A DNA stretch of 64,000 bases. It comes from Myxococcota bacterium (GTDB taxonomy: Bacteria; Myxococcota_A; Polyangia; Polyangiales; Houyiibacteriaceae). Positions 36,485-46,266 of this stretch are shown piece after piece. The position numbers were made by a program, and so were the translations under genes. The notes beneath the pieces were generated by a model. That model was given only the letters and a program-made list of their open reading frames with translations. It was not told the DNA's origin and did not search any database. Position 1 is the first letter of the stretch. Each line of letters opens with the position of its first letter. The DNA lies in NCBI GenBank assembly GCA_039177115.1, contig JBCDFZ010000019.1, positions 6,878 through 70,877 on the forward strand, read 5' to 3'.

Positions 36485-36961
36485 CTACGCGGTGTTCCGC
36501 TGCTCCCACGCCAGCGCGCGGACCCGAAGGTTTAGCTCGTCTCGGAGCCAGACTATGGCCTCCCGCTGACTTGCGAAGCTCTTAGTCGGATAAGCCTGCT
36601 TACCCTTGCGAAGCCAGCTCACCGCGGTGAACAGGCCTCGTTGCCAGGGCTTGGCGGCGACCACCGCCAGTCCAACGAGCTGCTCCGTGGCCCCAACCTG
36701 GGCTTCCAGCCGATCGGCATAGGACGCGGCGAGCTTGCGACCCTCGGCATTGCCCGCGCGGATCTCGGTGATGTCGATCAGCATGGCAAAAGGGCCGACG
36801 ATGCGGTCAGTCGCCTGCATGAGCTCTTCGTAGGCCGCGACCATCACCTCGCGGTCGTACTCGGCGGGGTACTTCATCACGTAGATCGGCTTGAACGCGC
36901 TATCGAAACACGGCCCCCTCAGGTCGATGTACTGCTCCAGCGGAAGCTCGTTCTCGAACAT
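36485..36961 (-). CDS. hypothetical protein (possibly STAS/SpoIIAA-like fold)
   Basis: ORF 36485..36970 trimmed to ATG 36959-36961. Good GC3. I do not firmly recognise a motif. Confidence 0.7.
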   Translation of the reverse strand: MFENELPLEQYIDLRGPCFDSAFKPIYVMKYPAEYDREVMVAAYEELMQATDRIVGPFAMLIDITEIRAGNAEGRKLAASYADRLEAQVGATEQLVGLAVVAAKPWQRGLFTAVSWLRKGKQAYPTKSFASQREAIVWLRDELNLRVRALAWEQRNTA

Positions 36962-37204
36962 TCGCCCCAACGCCCCTCTTCACAGACTGCATGAACGAGT
37001 CGCCCCGCCGCAAATCATGGTGTGTTCTCTGTGATATTGGGCCGGGAATCGCCGTCCCTACTCGGTGCTGACACTGTTATCATTGAGGAATTTCGTGCTT
37101 AATCCTTGACGCGGTGCGTCGAAGACCCCAAGGTAACCCACAAGGGCGGGTCGCTTGTCCGACCTCATGCTCAGGCACGCCCCGCCCGGAAACGGGGGTT
37201 TCCA

Positions 37205-37369
37205 ATGAACACCGCACTACTCATCATCCTCTTGTCATTCGTGTCGTTGACCGGCGCGGCCGTCTTGGGCGGCGCGATCGGCGTCGCCGCGTTGAGACTC
37301 GGCCGGTGGTTGAGGCAGCGTCCTCAGCCCCGCGTCGTCGGGCCGCGCAAACGCGAATCGCTCCCCTGA
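37205..37369 (+). CDS. hypothetical small single-TM protein (54 aa) with basic tail
   Basis: 3' part of ORF 37106..37369 with ATG 37205. GC3 about 80 percent by eye. TM segment ALLIILLSFVSLTGAAVLGGAIGVAAL. Stop is 2 nt from the convergent HTTM gene's stop. Confidence 0.5.
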   Translation: MNTALLIILLSFVSLTGAAVLGGAIGVAALRLGRWLRQRPQPRVVGPRKRESLP

Positions 37370-37371
37370 GC

Positions 37372-38937
37372 CTAGGGGGCTCGCGTCGCAAAGGTCACTC
37401 GCGGAGGCCGCGGCAGCCTTCGATTCATCGGCGGTGGGTCGTCGATGGCCGTGATCCAGGGCTGATGGCCCAGAGGCATCGGTTCGAAGGCCGCCAGGTC
37501 GAACGATTCATGGATCAGCGGGCGATAGCGACGCCCGTTGAGGGACGCGAGCGCCCGGACATGGACCGCGGCACGAACACCGTCGACAGCGTACCGATCC
37601 GCCAGGTGGTGGGCGTACTGCCGAATCATGACCGGGTTGCCGCCCATGGTGATGACCTGCTTCGGTGTGAGCTCTTCGTGCGGAGCGACCACGATGGGTT
37701 CTTTGCCCGCGGGCTCGACGCGGAAAACGACCTGCGAGTGCTTCGTGCGAAGCTTCATTCGCCAAGAGAACCGGTGCCCTTCCTCGGTCCAGGCCACATC
37801 ACCCGGGACCGCGTGATGGCGGAGCGGCACCACCATCTGAATCAGGAGCCACGTGGCGGCGAACCCGAGCGCCCAGGCCGACCGCGCCCTACTCGAGACG
37901 GGAGCCCGCGACCGCTCTGTGTGAGCGTCGTCCGCAGTGACGCTCGGCCCGTAGAGGATGAGTGCTGCGGTCATCGCGGCCGCGAGACAGGGCAGGTCCG
38001 CGTTCCCGCGCAGAATGAAGTAAGGCAGGATGCCCACGCCGGCTATGGCGGCAAGCTTGATTCGCCGCGCCCCGGCTCGATCCTGACGAATCGCAAGCCA
38101 GACCTGTCGCGGCCAATCGGGCTCGAAGAAGAGCGACGTGGCGAACAGCATGAACCACGGAAAAAGGCCGATCCCAAAGATCCATGCGTTGAAGAGGTGA
38201 AAGGCGAGCGCGGCGACGAGCGCAGGAAGCCGTGTCCTTCGATGCATGAGCATCGGGACGATGAGCAGGTCGAAGAAGAGACCGCCGTAGGAGAAGAAGT
38301 ACGCGGCCGATTCCTGGTTGAGCCAACGGCCGATGACTGGGTAGTGACTCCTCCGGGAGAGCCACTCTCTCAACGGCACGCCCACCAACCAATCGCCGTT
38401 GATCTTGGCGATACCGCCAAAGAAGTAGACCAGTCCAACCTGGGCACGCAGCAGAGCGACGTGCCAGAGGCGAACGCCCACCGCGGGCGGTCCACGGAAA
38501 AGCCGACGCAGCGACCACGCCGAGTCTGCCGGCACGACCACCATGAGCGCGGAGACCAGGCAGACGAGGTACATGTGGTTCAGGTAGCGGGTCGCATCGA
38601 GCAAGAAAACATAGGTGATGCCAATGAAGAAGACGGCCGCCACAACCCGATAGAGGAACCCCGCCGCAATGGCGGCTGCACACACACCGAGCACTGCGAA
38701 GTGGTAGTACATGCCGTCGCCCGGCCAGGGCTCCACCCACTCGAAGAAATCGTAGGGGAAATGATATTCGGGCCGAATGTAGTAGCGACGGATCTTCTCG
38801 AGCTGGAAGGCGCGAAAAACCTCCCAAAGCATAGTGAGACCGAAACCGATTCGGAACACGGCAAGGGACGCCCCGTCCACGGGCGTCATCAGGCGACGCA
38901 CGGCGTCGCTCGCCCGACCTGCACTTGCACCTGACAT
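37372..38937 (-). CDS. HTTM domain protein (vitamin K-dependent gamma-carboxylase-like)
   Basis: 521-aa ORF. The N-terminal pattern DGASLAVFRIGFGLTMLWEVFR...YYIRPEYHFPYDFFEWV...RYLNHMYL is typical of the HTTM/VKGC family, followed by a C-terminal soluble domain. Confidence 0.9.
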   Translation of the reverse strand: MSGASAGRASDAVRRLMTPVDGASLAVFRIGFGLTMLWEVFRAFQLEKIRRYYIRPEYHFPYDFFEWVEPWPGDGMYYHFAVLGVCAAAIAAGFLYRVVAAVFFIGITYVFLLDATRYLNHMYLVCLVSALMVVVPADSAWSLRRLFRGPPAVGVRLWHVALLRAQVGLVYFFGGIAKINGDWLVGVPLREWLSRRSHYPVIGRWLNQESAAYFFSYGGLFFDLLIVPMLMHRRTRLPALVAALAFHLFNAWIFGIGLFPWFMLFATSLFFEPDWPRQVWLAIRQDRAGARRIKLAAIAGVGILPYFILRGNADLPCLAAAMTAALILYGPSVTADDAHTERSRAPVSSRARSAWALGFAATWLLIQMVVPLRHHAVPGDVAWTEEGHRFSWRMKLRTKHSQVVFRVEPAGKEPIVVAPHEELTPKQVITMGGNPVMIRQYAHHLADRYAVDGVRAAVHVRALASLNGRRYRPLIHESFDLAAFEPMPLGHQPWITAIDDPPPMNRRLPRPPRVTFATRAP

Positions 38938-39209
38938 CTCGGCGTACTCCCCGCTGTCAGTGTTCCGGATCGCCGCGTCCGAGGCCAGAAAGCTCCGGCT
39001 ACTGGGCGACCGCCGAGATCCGCGCGCTAGACGTTCAATGAGACCGATGGTGCTACGACTGGCTCGACCTCGTACCCGCTCGTAGGAACGAAGGGGACCT
39101 CGAGTTCACGATGGCCTGGATCCCGCGCCACGAAGAATAAGACCAGCCGTGAGCACTGCAACGATTGACTAATTGGCCGCCATGTTGTGGATTCCCCCGG
39201 TAGCTGGGC

Positions 39210-40280
39210 ATGGAAGAGTTCAAGTGGATCTGGGAGCTGGTCCGGGAATGGGTCCCGACGCTCATCATCTTGCTTCTCGGGATTTTGTTGATCTCCGGGA
39301 GTCGGCACGTACTCCTCAACCGCTGGGGGCCTCCGCCGGGCCAGGGCCGCATGACGCGTCAACTACTGATCGCGTCGCTCGCCGGTATCGTTCTCGTGGT
39401 CTTCATTCTGTCCCTGCCGATCGGCGATTCGGCGCGAGGACAGCTGCTGAGCCTCCTCGGGCTCTTGATCACCGCGGCCGTCGCTCTGTCGTCTACGACG
39501 CTGCTCGGGAACGCGATGGCCGGGTTCATGCTGCGCGCAATGCGAAACTTCCGCGCCGGCGACTTCATCATCGTCAACGGGCACCGCGGACGGGTCTCCG
39601 ACAAGGGTTGGCTTCGAACGGAGATCCAGACCGAGCGCCGCAATCTGACGACGCTTCCAAACCTGTACCTCGTCACGAACCCGATGACAGTCATTCGTTC
39701 ATCGGGAACGTTCATCTCGGCAACCGTGTCCCTCGGGTACGACGTGCCCCGCGAGAAGGTCGAAAAATGCCTTCTCGAAGCCGCCGAGCGAGCGGAACTA
39801 TCGGACGCCTTCGTCTTCGTGACCGAGCTCGGGGATTTCTCGATCCTCTACCAGGTGGCCGGCTTCCTCGAAGAGGTGAAGTACCTCATCAGCGCGGAGT
39901 CGGCGCTTCGAAAGTGCATGCTCGACACGCTCCACAAGGGCGGCATCGAGATCGTATCTCCGACGTTCACCAATCAGCGGCGACTCGACCCGTCCCAGCT
40001 CTTCATTCCGAAGTCGCGTGTGCCCAAAGCCGAAGACCCGCGCGCGTCACGGCCAGAGGAACGCATGTTCGACAAGGCCGACAAGGCCGAAAGCGAAGCC
40101 AAGGTCGAGCATCAGCTCGAGGCAGTGATCTCCGAAATCGACAAACTCAAGAAGTCCGAGTCGAACGACGACGCGACCAAGGCTCAGATCGAAGCCTTGA
40201 AAGAGCAGAAAGCGGTGCTCGACGAGCAGCTTCGCGCCCAGGCGGAGGAAAAGAAGGAAGACGAGGAAGAAGAACGCTAG
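39210..40280 (+). CDS. mechanosensitive ion channel (MscS) family protein
   Basis: 356-aa ORF. GNAMAGFMLRAMRNFRAGDFIIVNGHRGRVSDKGWLRTEIQTERRNLTTLPN is an MscS core. The C-terminal tail is Glu/Lys-rich. Confidence 0.9.
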   Translation: MEEFKWIWELVREWVPTLIILLLGILLISGSRHVLLNRWGPPPGQGRMTRQLLIASLAGIVLVVFILSLPIGDSARGQLLSLLGLLITAAVALSSTTLLGNAMAGFMLRAMRNFRAGDFIIVNGHRGRVSDKGWLRTEIQTERRNLTTLPNLYLVTNPMTVIRSSGTFISATVSLGYDVPREKVEKCLLEAAERAELSDAFVFVTELGDFSILYQVAGFLEEVKYLISAESALRKCMLDTLHKGGIEIVSPTFTNQRRLDPSQLFIPKSRVPKAEDPRASRPEERMFDKADKAESEAKVEHQLEAVISEIDKLKKSESNDDATKAQIEALKEQKAVLDEQLRAQAEEKKEDEEEER

Positions 40281-40284
40281 CCGG

Positions 40285-41634
40285 TCAGCCGAGGTCGAGG
40301 GCGATGCCGACGATCAGCTGGTAGTCGTTCTTCTCGAGGTCCGGGCCATCCGGATCGGGGGGCGGCCCCGGCCGCTCGGTCCGCAGGAAGAGGAACGAGA
40401 TGTCGAGATCGATCGCGCTGGTGAGCTCGATGGACAGGTCGGCTTTGCCCGTATGGTTGGTGTTACCGAGCGTCGTCACGACCAGGTTCGTGAGCCAGCT
40501 GGCCGTGAAGTCGATGTCGCCTGTGACGTCGAAGTCCCAGTAGGTGTAGAGCGGGATGAAAAAGTCGCTCTGCGGGTTCTCGACGCCAGCCTCGTCCTCT
40601 CGGTAGCGCAAGAACTGGTAGCCAGCGCCGGTCTGGAAGTCCCACTTCACTTTGGGCTTGTCGATGATGTGGACACCCGCACCTGCAGCAGGCGTGGCTC
40701 GGAAGCGGATGTTCTGAAAGCGGTCGTTGAAGAGCTGACCGAACGCCGGGGTGACAAACCAGCGGCTCGACAAGAACACTTTGAAGTCGAACTCGCCCAG
40801 GTGTCGATTCACGTTCTGCTGCCCTCCGGTTCGACCGAAGCTCGAGTTGTAGTTCAAATCGAGGAGGGTCATCCGATCCTCGCGGACGACGTTGAACAAG
40901 ATATCGTACGTGAGCTGATCGGTGTTTCCGCGGTTCAGCGTGAGACCGAAGCGAAGCTTCATCGACCACCAGTCTTTTTCACGTTCGCCGCCGGCGACGA
41001 TGGACTCGAGCTCACTTCGATCGAAGACCTGAGTGCCGCTCTCGGTCTGGACGATCACCTTGTCTTCGGTGATCACCCCCAAACCGGTCGCGCTGACGCG
41101 CTGGTCGAAGACGTAGGTGTTGACCTTGGGCGAATGGACCTCCAGCGCGTCGCCGAAATCGATGTTCTGCATCCCGAGCTCGTCGCTGTCGAACTCGAGG
41201 TTATCGTCGCGCATCCGCTTGATCTCGCCCTTCACCCACTCTCCGGAAGTGAGCTGGACCCAATCGAAGGTATCGCCGAAATCGATGGTGTAGCTTTCCG
41301 GAAGCGCGCCCTGAGCAGCCTGCGACGAAATGGCGTCGAGCCGGGATTTCACCTCGTCGATGGCCACTTCGCTGTCAGCCGCTTCGGCGGGCACGCCGCC
41401 CGGCGCCGTGACGAGCGCCTCCACGGTCTCTGCGCCGGTGGCGACGACCTCGACCCCATCGTCGTCCCCAGCCTCTGCGGCCTCGGGATGCGCGGCCGTG
41501 GGTTCGTCGGGCGGAGCGCCCTCCGAGGCGGCGTCCTGCGCGCTGGCGCCGGCGGGAAAAACGAATGCGAGGGCCAGCATCACGATGAGAACCTGATGCA
41601 AAACCCCGCGACCTGTACACGCCTCTCTAGTCAT
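40285..41634 (-). CDS. DUF481-like outer membrane beta-barrel protein
   Basis: ORF 40285..41757 trimmed to ATG 41632-41634. Has a signal peptide and an acidic linker, followed by alternating beta-strand pattern and a C-terminal aromatic-rich barrel. Confidence 0.8.
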   Translation of the reverse strand: MTREACTGRGVLHQVLIVMLALAFVFPAGASAQDAASEGAPPDEPTAAHPEAAEAGDDDGVEVVATGAETVEALVTAPGGVPAEAADSEVAIDEVKSRLDAISSQAAQGALPESYTIDFGDTFDWVQLTSGEWVKGEIKRMRDDNLEFDSDELGMQNIDFGDALEVHSPKVNTYVFDQRVSATGLGVITEDKVIVQTESGTQVFDRSELESIVAGGEREKDWWSMKLRFGLTLNRGNTDQLTYDILFNVVREDRMTLLDLNYNSSFGRTGGQQNVNRHLGEFDFKVFLSSRWFVTPAFGQLFNDRFQNIRFRATPAAGAGVHIIDKPKVKWDFQTGAGYQFLRYREDEAGVENPQSDFFIPLYTYWDFDVTGDIDFTASWLTNLVVTTLGNTNHTGKADLSIELTSAIDLDISFLFLRTERPGPPPDPDGPDLEKNDYQLIVGIALDLG

Positions 41635-41958
41635 CCGAGGGGCGGTTATAAACGGGGCCAACAATCCCGTAAAGGATTGCGGGATGGTTTTTTCAGCGCC
41701 GTTCTGGGATGCTGTCGACGACCGTTTTTCCCCTAAAAAAACGCGGAAACCGTCCATGACGCGACCCGCGCGAGGCGACCGGGCCGCCGGAAATCCCGCG
41801 GGAGCCGCATCTCCTCGTCGACGGAGGGACCCCGACCTGTACCGTTCGCGTCACGGAGCATCGAGGGCGCCTGTCCGCCGCCCACCGCGGCGTGGAGGGA
41901 TGCCCCCGCATGCTTGACGCTGTTGAACGCCATCCTTATGCCCTGCGAGGCGTATCTC

Positions 41959-43131
41959 ATGTCGATCGGCCGCATTATCGTCTTCCTTCTCGTCATCTTC
42001 GGGCTGTCCTTCGCCATCCACTACTACCTGTGGGCACGGCTGGTGCGAGACCCGGGTTTGCCGGACCCCTTGAGGCAGGTCGCAACGGTCGCCCTCGTGA
42101 TCCTCGGGCTGTCCATTCCGTCGTCGATGCTCGTGTGGCGCGTGTTCCCGAGGGAGTACGCAATTCCGATCGCCTGGTTCGGCTACATCTGGATGGGGGT
42201 CATGTTCATCACCCTCGTGGTTCTCTGGGGCGGTGAGGTCGCGCGTTGGGGCTGGGTCAAGTACGCGCAGGTCGCTTCCGTAGACGCCGGACGGCGTGAC
42301 TTTCTCGCCAAGATGCTCGCTGGCGGCACGAGCGCACTGGCGCTCGCCATTTCGGGCTTCGGTGTGTGGTCCGCCATACGCCCCGTCGAGGTGAAGCGAC
42401 TGACAGTCAAGCTGAAGAACCTCCCGGAGTCGTTGAGCGGTTTTCGGCTCGTTCAGCTCAGTGACGTGCACGTCGGCCCGACCATCGGCCAAGGCTTCGT
42501 GGAAGACGTGGTTCGGAAGGTGAACGGGCTCGACGCCGACGCCGTCGCAATTACGGGCGACCTAATCGACGGCACCATCGCGGAGATCGGCGAGGCAGTT
42601 CGACCCCTCGGCGACATGCAGTCCAAGCACGGTACGTTCTTCGTGACGGGCAACCACGAGTACTATTCCGGCGCCGACGCGTGGCTCGGGTTCCTCACCG
42701 AGATCGGCATTCGGCCGCTTCGCAACGAGTGTGTCGTGCTCGGAGAGGGCGACGAGTGCATCCAAGTTGCCGGAGTAGACGACTGGACCGCGCACCAGTT
42801 CGGCGGCAACCACGGCGCCGACGTAAAGCGCGCCCTCGCCAGCCGGGACGAGGGAAAGCCGGTGGTGCTCTTGGCCCACCAGCCAGTGCAGTTTGATGAG
42901 GCTCGAGAGCATCGCGTCGACCTCCAGATTTCGGGGCACACCCATGGCGGCCAGATCTTCCCCTTTGGCCTGCTCACGCGCTTGGTTCAGCCCTTCGTCT
43001 CGGGCCTCCATCGACGGGGCGGCTCGCAGATCTATGTGAGCTCGGGCACCGGCTACTGGGGCCCTCCGATGCGGATCGCAGCCCCTGCGGAAATCACGCT
43101 GATCGAGCTTCAACCCGACGGCATCGCGTAG
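41959..43131 (+). CDS. membrane-anchored metallophosphoesterase (YkuE-like)
   Basis: ORF 41914..43131 trimmed to ATG 41959. N-terminal TM helices are followed by motifs LSDVHVG, GDLIDG, GNHEY and GHTHGG. Confidence 0.85.
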   Translation: MSIGRIIVFLLVIFGLSFAIHYYLWARLVRDPGLPDPLRQVATVALVILGLSIPSSMLVWRVFPREYAIPIAWFGYIWMGVMFITLVVLWGGEVARWGWVKYAQVASVDAGRRDFLAKMLAGGTSALALAISGFGVWSAIRPVEVKRLTVKLKNLPESLSGFRLVQLSDVHVGPTIGQGFVEDVVRKVNGLDADAVAITGDLIDGTIAEIGEAVRPLGDMQSKHGTFFVTGNHEYYSGADAWLGFLTEIGIRPLRNECVVLGEGDECIQVAGVDDWTAHQFGGNHGADVKRALASRDEGKPVVLLAHQPVQFDEAREHRVDLQISGHTHGGQIFPFGLLTRLVQPFVSGLHRRGGSQIYVSSGTGYWGPPMRIAAPAEITLIELQPDGIA

Positions 43132-43228
43132 CCCGCGGGCGGCGCGACTGTCCTCGTCGGCGCGAGAGCGTCGCGCAGCCCCTCTCAGGCAGTGACTGTC
43201 GGCGCCCGCGCGAAGGGCGTGCACCCCT

Positions 43229-45259
43229 TCACGGGCAGCGAGTTTCGTCGTCGGCGCGAATGGCGCGCAGCCACGGGTCACCCTGGGCGTCGTCTCGTTC
43301 GAGAAGCCCATCGATGGCCGCGAGGGCCTCTTTGCGCTTGGACTCGTCTGAGCTTCGCAGCACCAACTCGAACGAAGCCAGCGCGGTCTCGCGCGTCTCT
43401 CCTGAATAAGCGGCTCGCGCGAGTGAAGTCCGGGCTTGGTCGAGATCGCAGGCTGCGAGGGCCGCGAGTCCTCGATACACCTCGATCGTGGTGAAACCCG
43501 GATAGGTTTCAGAGGCGGCAGCGAGCTCCTCGAACGAGCGTCTCGCCGCACTCTGCTCTGCCTCTGTCTCGTAGCGTCGGATGCCGGCGCGCCCTCCCCC
43601 GCGAACCAGCGGGCGCAGCTCCCGAAGCCCGCGCACCCAGCTTTGAATCGCGCGAGAGTTCTGATGCGTCCCTACCCAGTCGAGCTCGCGGTCGATATCC
43701 TCGAGGCGCACGTCCGTATCGAGGAGTCTTCCGGGAGTATACCCCGGACCAATAATCTGCAGCGGCTCGAAAGAGGACGCTGCATCGGCGCGTACGAACA
43801 GCGACTGCCGATCTTGAACCTGCGCGAGGACCCAGTCGGGCGACCGACTCAAGTGCCCGAGAGCTCGTAGCTGGCGTGGACTCACGTGTTCGAGGACGAC
43901 CGCGTTGGCGTCGTACTCGTCGAGCAGCCGCTGAAGCGCCGCTGGGTTGCTGAATGCGTCCGTCACTCGTTGAATCCACTCCGGCCCGTAGAACGGCACT
44001 CGACCATCGATGAGGAACTTCGCGTCCGGCACGGCAAACATGAGAGGCCAGCTCTCGTGCATCGGCGCGACGACGCGCGGAGAGTCGACGTGATCTTCGA
44101 GAACCTCTGCGACCGCCCACGCGTGACCGAGACGCGGCTCGCCAAACCCAAACGGGACGAACGGCTCGATTCGGGGCGCGGAGATGAGCGCCCAAACGAG
44201 CGAGGCTCCCATGAAGCCAAGCACGAGGTTCTGTCGGTCGCGAAGCCAGACCCGAGCGGCGAGACCCGCACCGATGAAAGGCGCCGGGAGAAGGAGCTCG
44301 TGAGCCACGAACCGGATCGACCGAAATGCCATCAGGCTCAGCACGACACAGAACACCCCGTAGGCAAGGCCGAAACGGCTGGAGCGTGTCACGGGGCCGA
44401 GGGCCAGCAGCGTGAGGAGCGTCATCGCCGCGGGCGCGAGAAGCAGGTAGAGCGGCTGGGTTTCGGTCCAGGGGCCCCATTCGATGACCACCTCACGATA
44501 GGCAGGCGAGAACACGTGGGAGATCGCGTCGGTGACGATGGCCGCACCAAACGGGGAACATGCCGTGGCGGCCACCTGAAGCGCTACGAGGGCGAGCATC
44601 GTTTTGAACGCTGGTGTGCGAACGGAGAAAGCGAGAAACAGTCCACCCATCAGAATGCCGAGCAGATGGGACCCGTGGAGGTTGACCCAAGCAACCTGCA
44701 TCACGGAAAGCCCGACCAAGACCCAGGTCTTGCGGCGGTTCGAGGCATCGGTTCGGTAGAGCTCGTGCACCCCGAGCAGCAAGAGGGCTGGGAACAGAAA
44801 GCCGAAAATCTGCGGACGAACCGTGAAGCGAATCCGGGCGAACGGTGCCATGACCAGCAACAGCGCGCCGGTCATCGGGGCGGCGGCGGGGCTCGCAGGG
44901 GCGAGCCGAACGGCGAGCCGCACTAGGGCGTACGCCGTTGCGCCGACAACGAGGCATTTGAGCCCGATGAGCATGTTGGGTCCGCCCCAATCGTAGAGCG
45001 CCCATGTCAGAAGATCGTAGCCCCACTCGTAGTTGTGCCACGGCTGTCCGATCGGCTTCCAAAACGAGAACGAGTCCACGTTGGGCACTCGGCCACGCGC
45101 GGCGATCTCTCGACCCTGTGCAAGGTGCCCGTAGGCGTCGATGTTGTAGAGCGGGAACGCAGCCAGCGCGGCCATTGCGAACCCGGTCAACCACGCACTC
45201 CACCCCGCGAGCCCCCGAAACACTGGAGCAGTGTGGGTCGACCAGACAGATCTCGTCAA
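43229..45259 (-). CDS. polytopic membrane protein with C-terminal TPR-like domain (glycosyltransferase/polymerase-like, function unknown)
   Basis: ORF 43229..45415. The 5' part overlaps the upstream gene, so the start is likely TTG 45259, GTG 45223 or ATG 45175. More than 10 hydrophobic helices precede a helical-repeat tail. Confidence 0.8.
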   Translation of the reverse strand: MTRSVWSTHTAPVFRGLAGWSAWLTGFAMAALAAFPLYNIDAYGHLAQGREIAARGRVPNVDSFSFWKPIGQPWHNYEWGYDLLTWALYDWGGPNMLIGLKCLVVGATAYALVRLAVRLAPASPAAAPMTGALLLVMAPFARIRFTVRPQIFGFLFPALLLLGVHELYRTDASNRRKTWVLVGLSVMQVAWVNLHGSHLLGILMGGLFLAFSVRTPAFKTMLALVALQVAATACSPFGAAIVTDAISHVFSPAYREVVIEWGPWTETQPLYLLLAPAAMTLLTLLALGPVTRSSRFGLAYGVFCVVLSLMAFRSIRFVAHELLLPAPFIGAGLAARVWLRDRQNLVLGFMGASLVWALISAPRIEPFVPFGFGEPRLGHAWAVAEVLEDHVDSPRVVAPMHESWPLMFAVPDAKFLIDGRVPFYGPEWIQRVTDAFSNPAALQRLLDEYDANAVVLEHVSPRQLRALGHLSRSPDWVLAQVQDRQSLFVRADAASSFEPLQIIGPGYTPGRLLDTDVRLEDIDRELDWVGTHQNSRAIQSWVRGLRELRPLVRGGGRAGIRRYETEAEQSAARRSFEELAAASETYPGFTTIEVYRGLAALAACDLDQARTSLARAAYSGETRETALASFELVLRSSDESKRKEALAAIDGLLERDDAQGDPWLRAIRADDETRCP

Positions 45260-45272
45260 GAATGCCCCGCGG

Positions 45273-46178
45273 CTACAAGACCGCCGCGAGCGCCGCCTCG
45301 AGCGAGTCGTACTGCCACTCGAAACCGGCGTGGTGAAGCACGGTGGGAACCACCCGAGCACCCCCGAGGAGCATCTCGTTGGCCATCTCGGAACCGAGGC
45401 CGAACCGTAGAGCAAACTTTGGGACGGGAAGCACGGCCGGGCGCTTGAGGACGCGACCTAGCGTCGCGGTGAACTCGGCGTTGGTCACCGGGTCGGGTGA
45501 CACGAGGTTCACCGGTCCGCGAAGCGATTCGGTCTTCACTGCGAAGAGGAGTGCTGACACCAGGTCGTCGAGGCTGATCCAGCTCATGTATTGACGGCCG
45601 TCACCCAGCCGACCGCCTACCCCAAGCATGAAGGGCGTTTTCATCTTTTCGAGCGCGCCGCCGTTCCGAGCGAGGACGATACCGATGCGAGCATGCACGA
45701 CGCGAATGCCCGCCGCCTCAGCAGATGCCGTGGCTCCCTCCCAGTCGCGACAAACCGACGCGAGGAACCCATCGCCGGCGGCCGCGCTCTCGTCGACGAC
45801 CTCGTCGTCTCGATTGCCGTAGTAGCCGATGGCAGAAGCCGACACGAGGAACCTCGGGAGGGGAGACTGTTGCGCGAGAGCCTGGGCGACGAGCTCGGTG
45901 CCCTGCACACGGCTCTCTCGGACACGCTGTTTTTTGGCTTCGGTCCAGCGACCCTCGGCGATGTTGTCCCCCGCGAGATGCACTGCGCCGACGACACCTC
46001 CGAGGGCCCCGCTGTCCAACGTACCCCCGGCGGGGTCCCATCGGACCTCGTCGGGCGCGCTCGGATCGCGCCGAACCAGCCGTACGACATCAAATCCGTT
46101 GGCACCGAGCGCCGGCACCAACGCAGAACCGACGAGGCCCGACGCGCCCGTCACGACCACTCTCTCACGCTCACCCAT
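45273..46178 (-). CDS. TIGR01777-type NAD-dependent epimerase family protein (SDR with DUF1731 C-terminus)
   Basis: ORF 45273..46283 trimmed to ATG 46176-46178. Motifs VTGASGLVGSAL and the C-terminal GGARVVPTVLHHAGFEWQY. Confidence 0.9.
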   Translation of the reverse strand: MGERERVVVTGASGLVGSALVPALGANGFDVVRLVRRDPSAPDEVRWDPAGGTLDSGALGGVVGAVHLAGDNIAEGRWTEAKKQRVRESRVQGTELVAQALAQQSPLPRFLVSASAIGYYGNRDDEVVDESAAAGDGFLASVCRDWEGATASAEAAGIRVVHARIGIVLARNGGALEKMKTPFMLGVGGRLGDGRQYMSWISLDDLVSALLFAVKTESLRGPVNLVSPDPVTNAEFTATLGRVLKRPAVLPVPKFALRFGLGSEMANEMLLGGARVVPTVLHHAGFEWQYDSLEAALAAVL

Positions 46179-46266
46179 GCCACGTAGCGTGGCGCCTTCG
46201 GCAGGCTTCGCAAGGCCTGGCTTTCCGCGTGGCCCACACCTCAAAGAGTGGCTATGGTCCACCACC

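Noticed and set aside
37114-38934. 606-aa plus-strand ORF covering the HTTM locus.
   Set aside because: It is antisense to a gene with a clear HTTM signature. The composition is Arg/Glu/Asp/Pro-rich. Only its first part shares a frame with the plausible 54-aa small ORF region, and that small ORF is called separately in a different frame.
45829-46266. N-terminal 146 codons of the 610-aa ORF containing the GlgA-like gene.
   Set aside because: This part is antisense to the well-supported TIGR01777 epimerase gene and is Ser/Arg/Pro-rich. GlgA-like homology begins only at the TTG at 46267.
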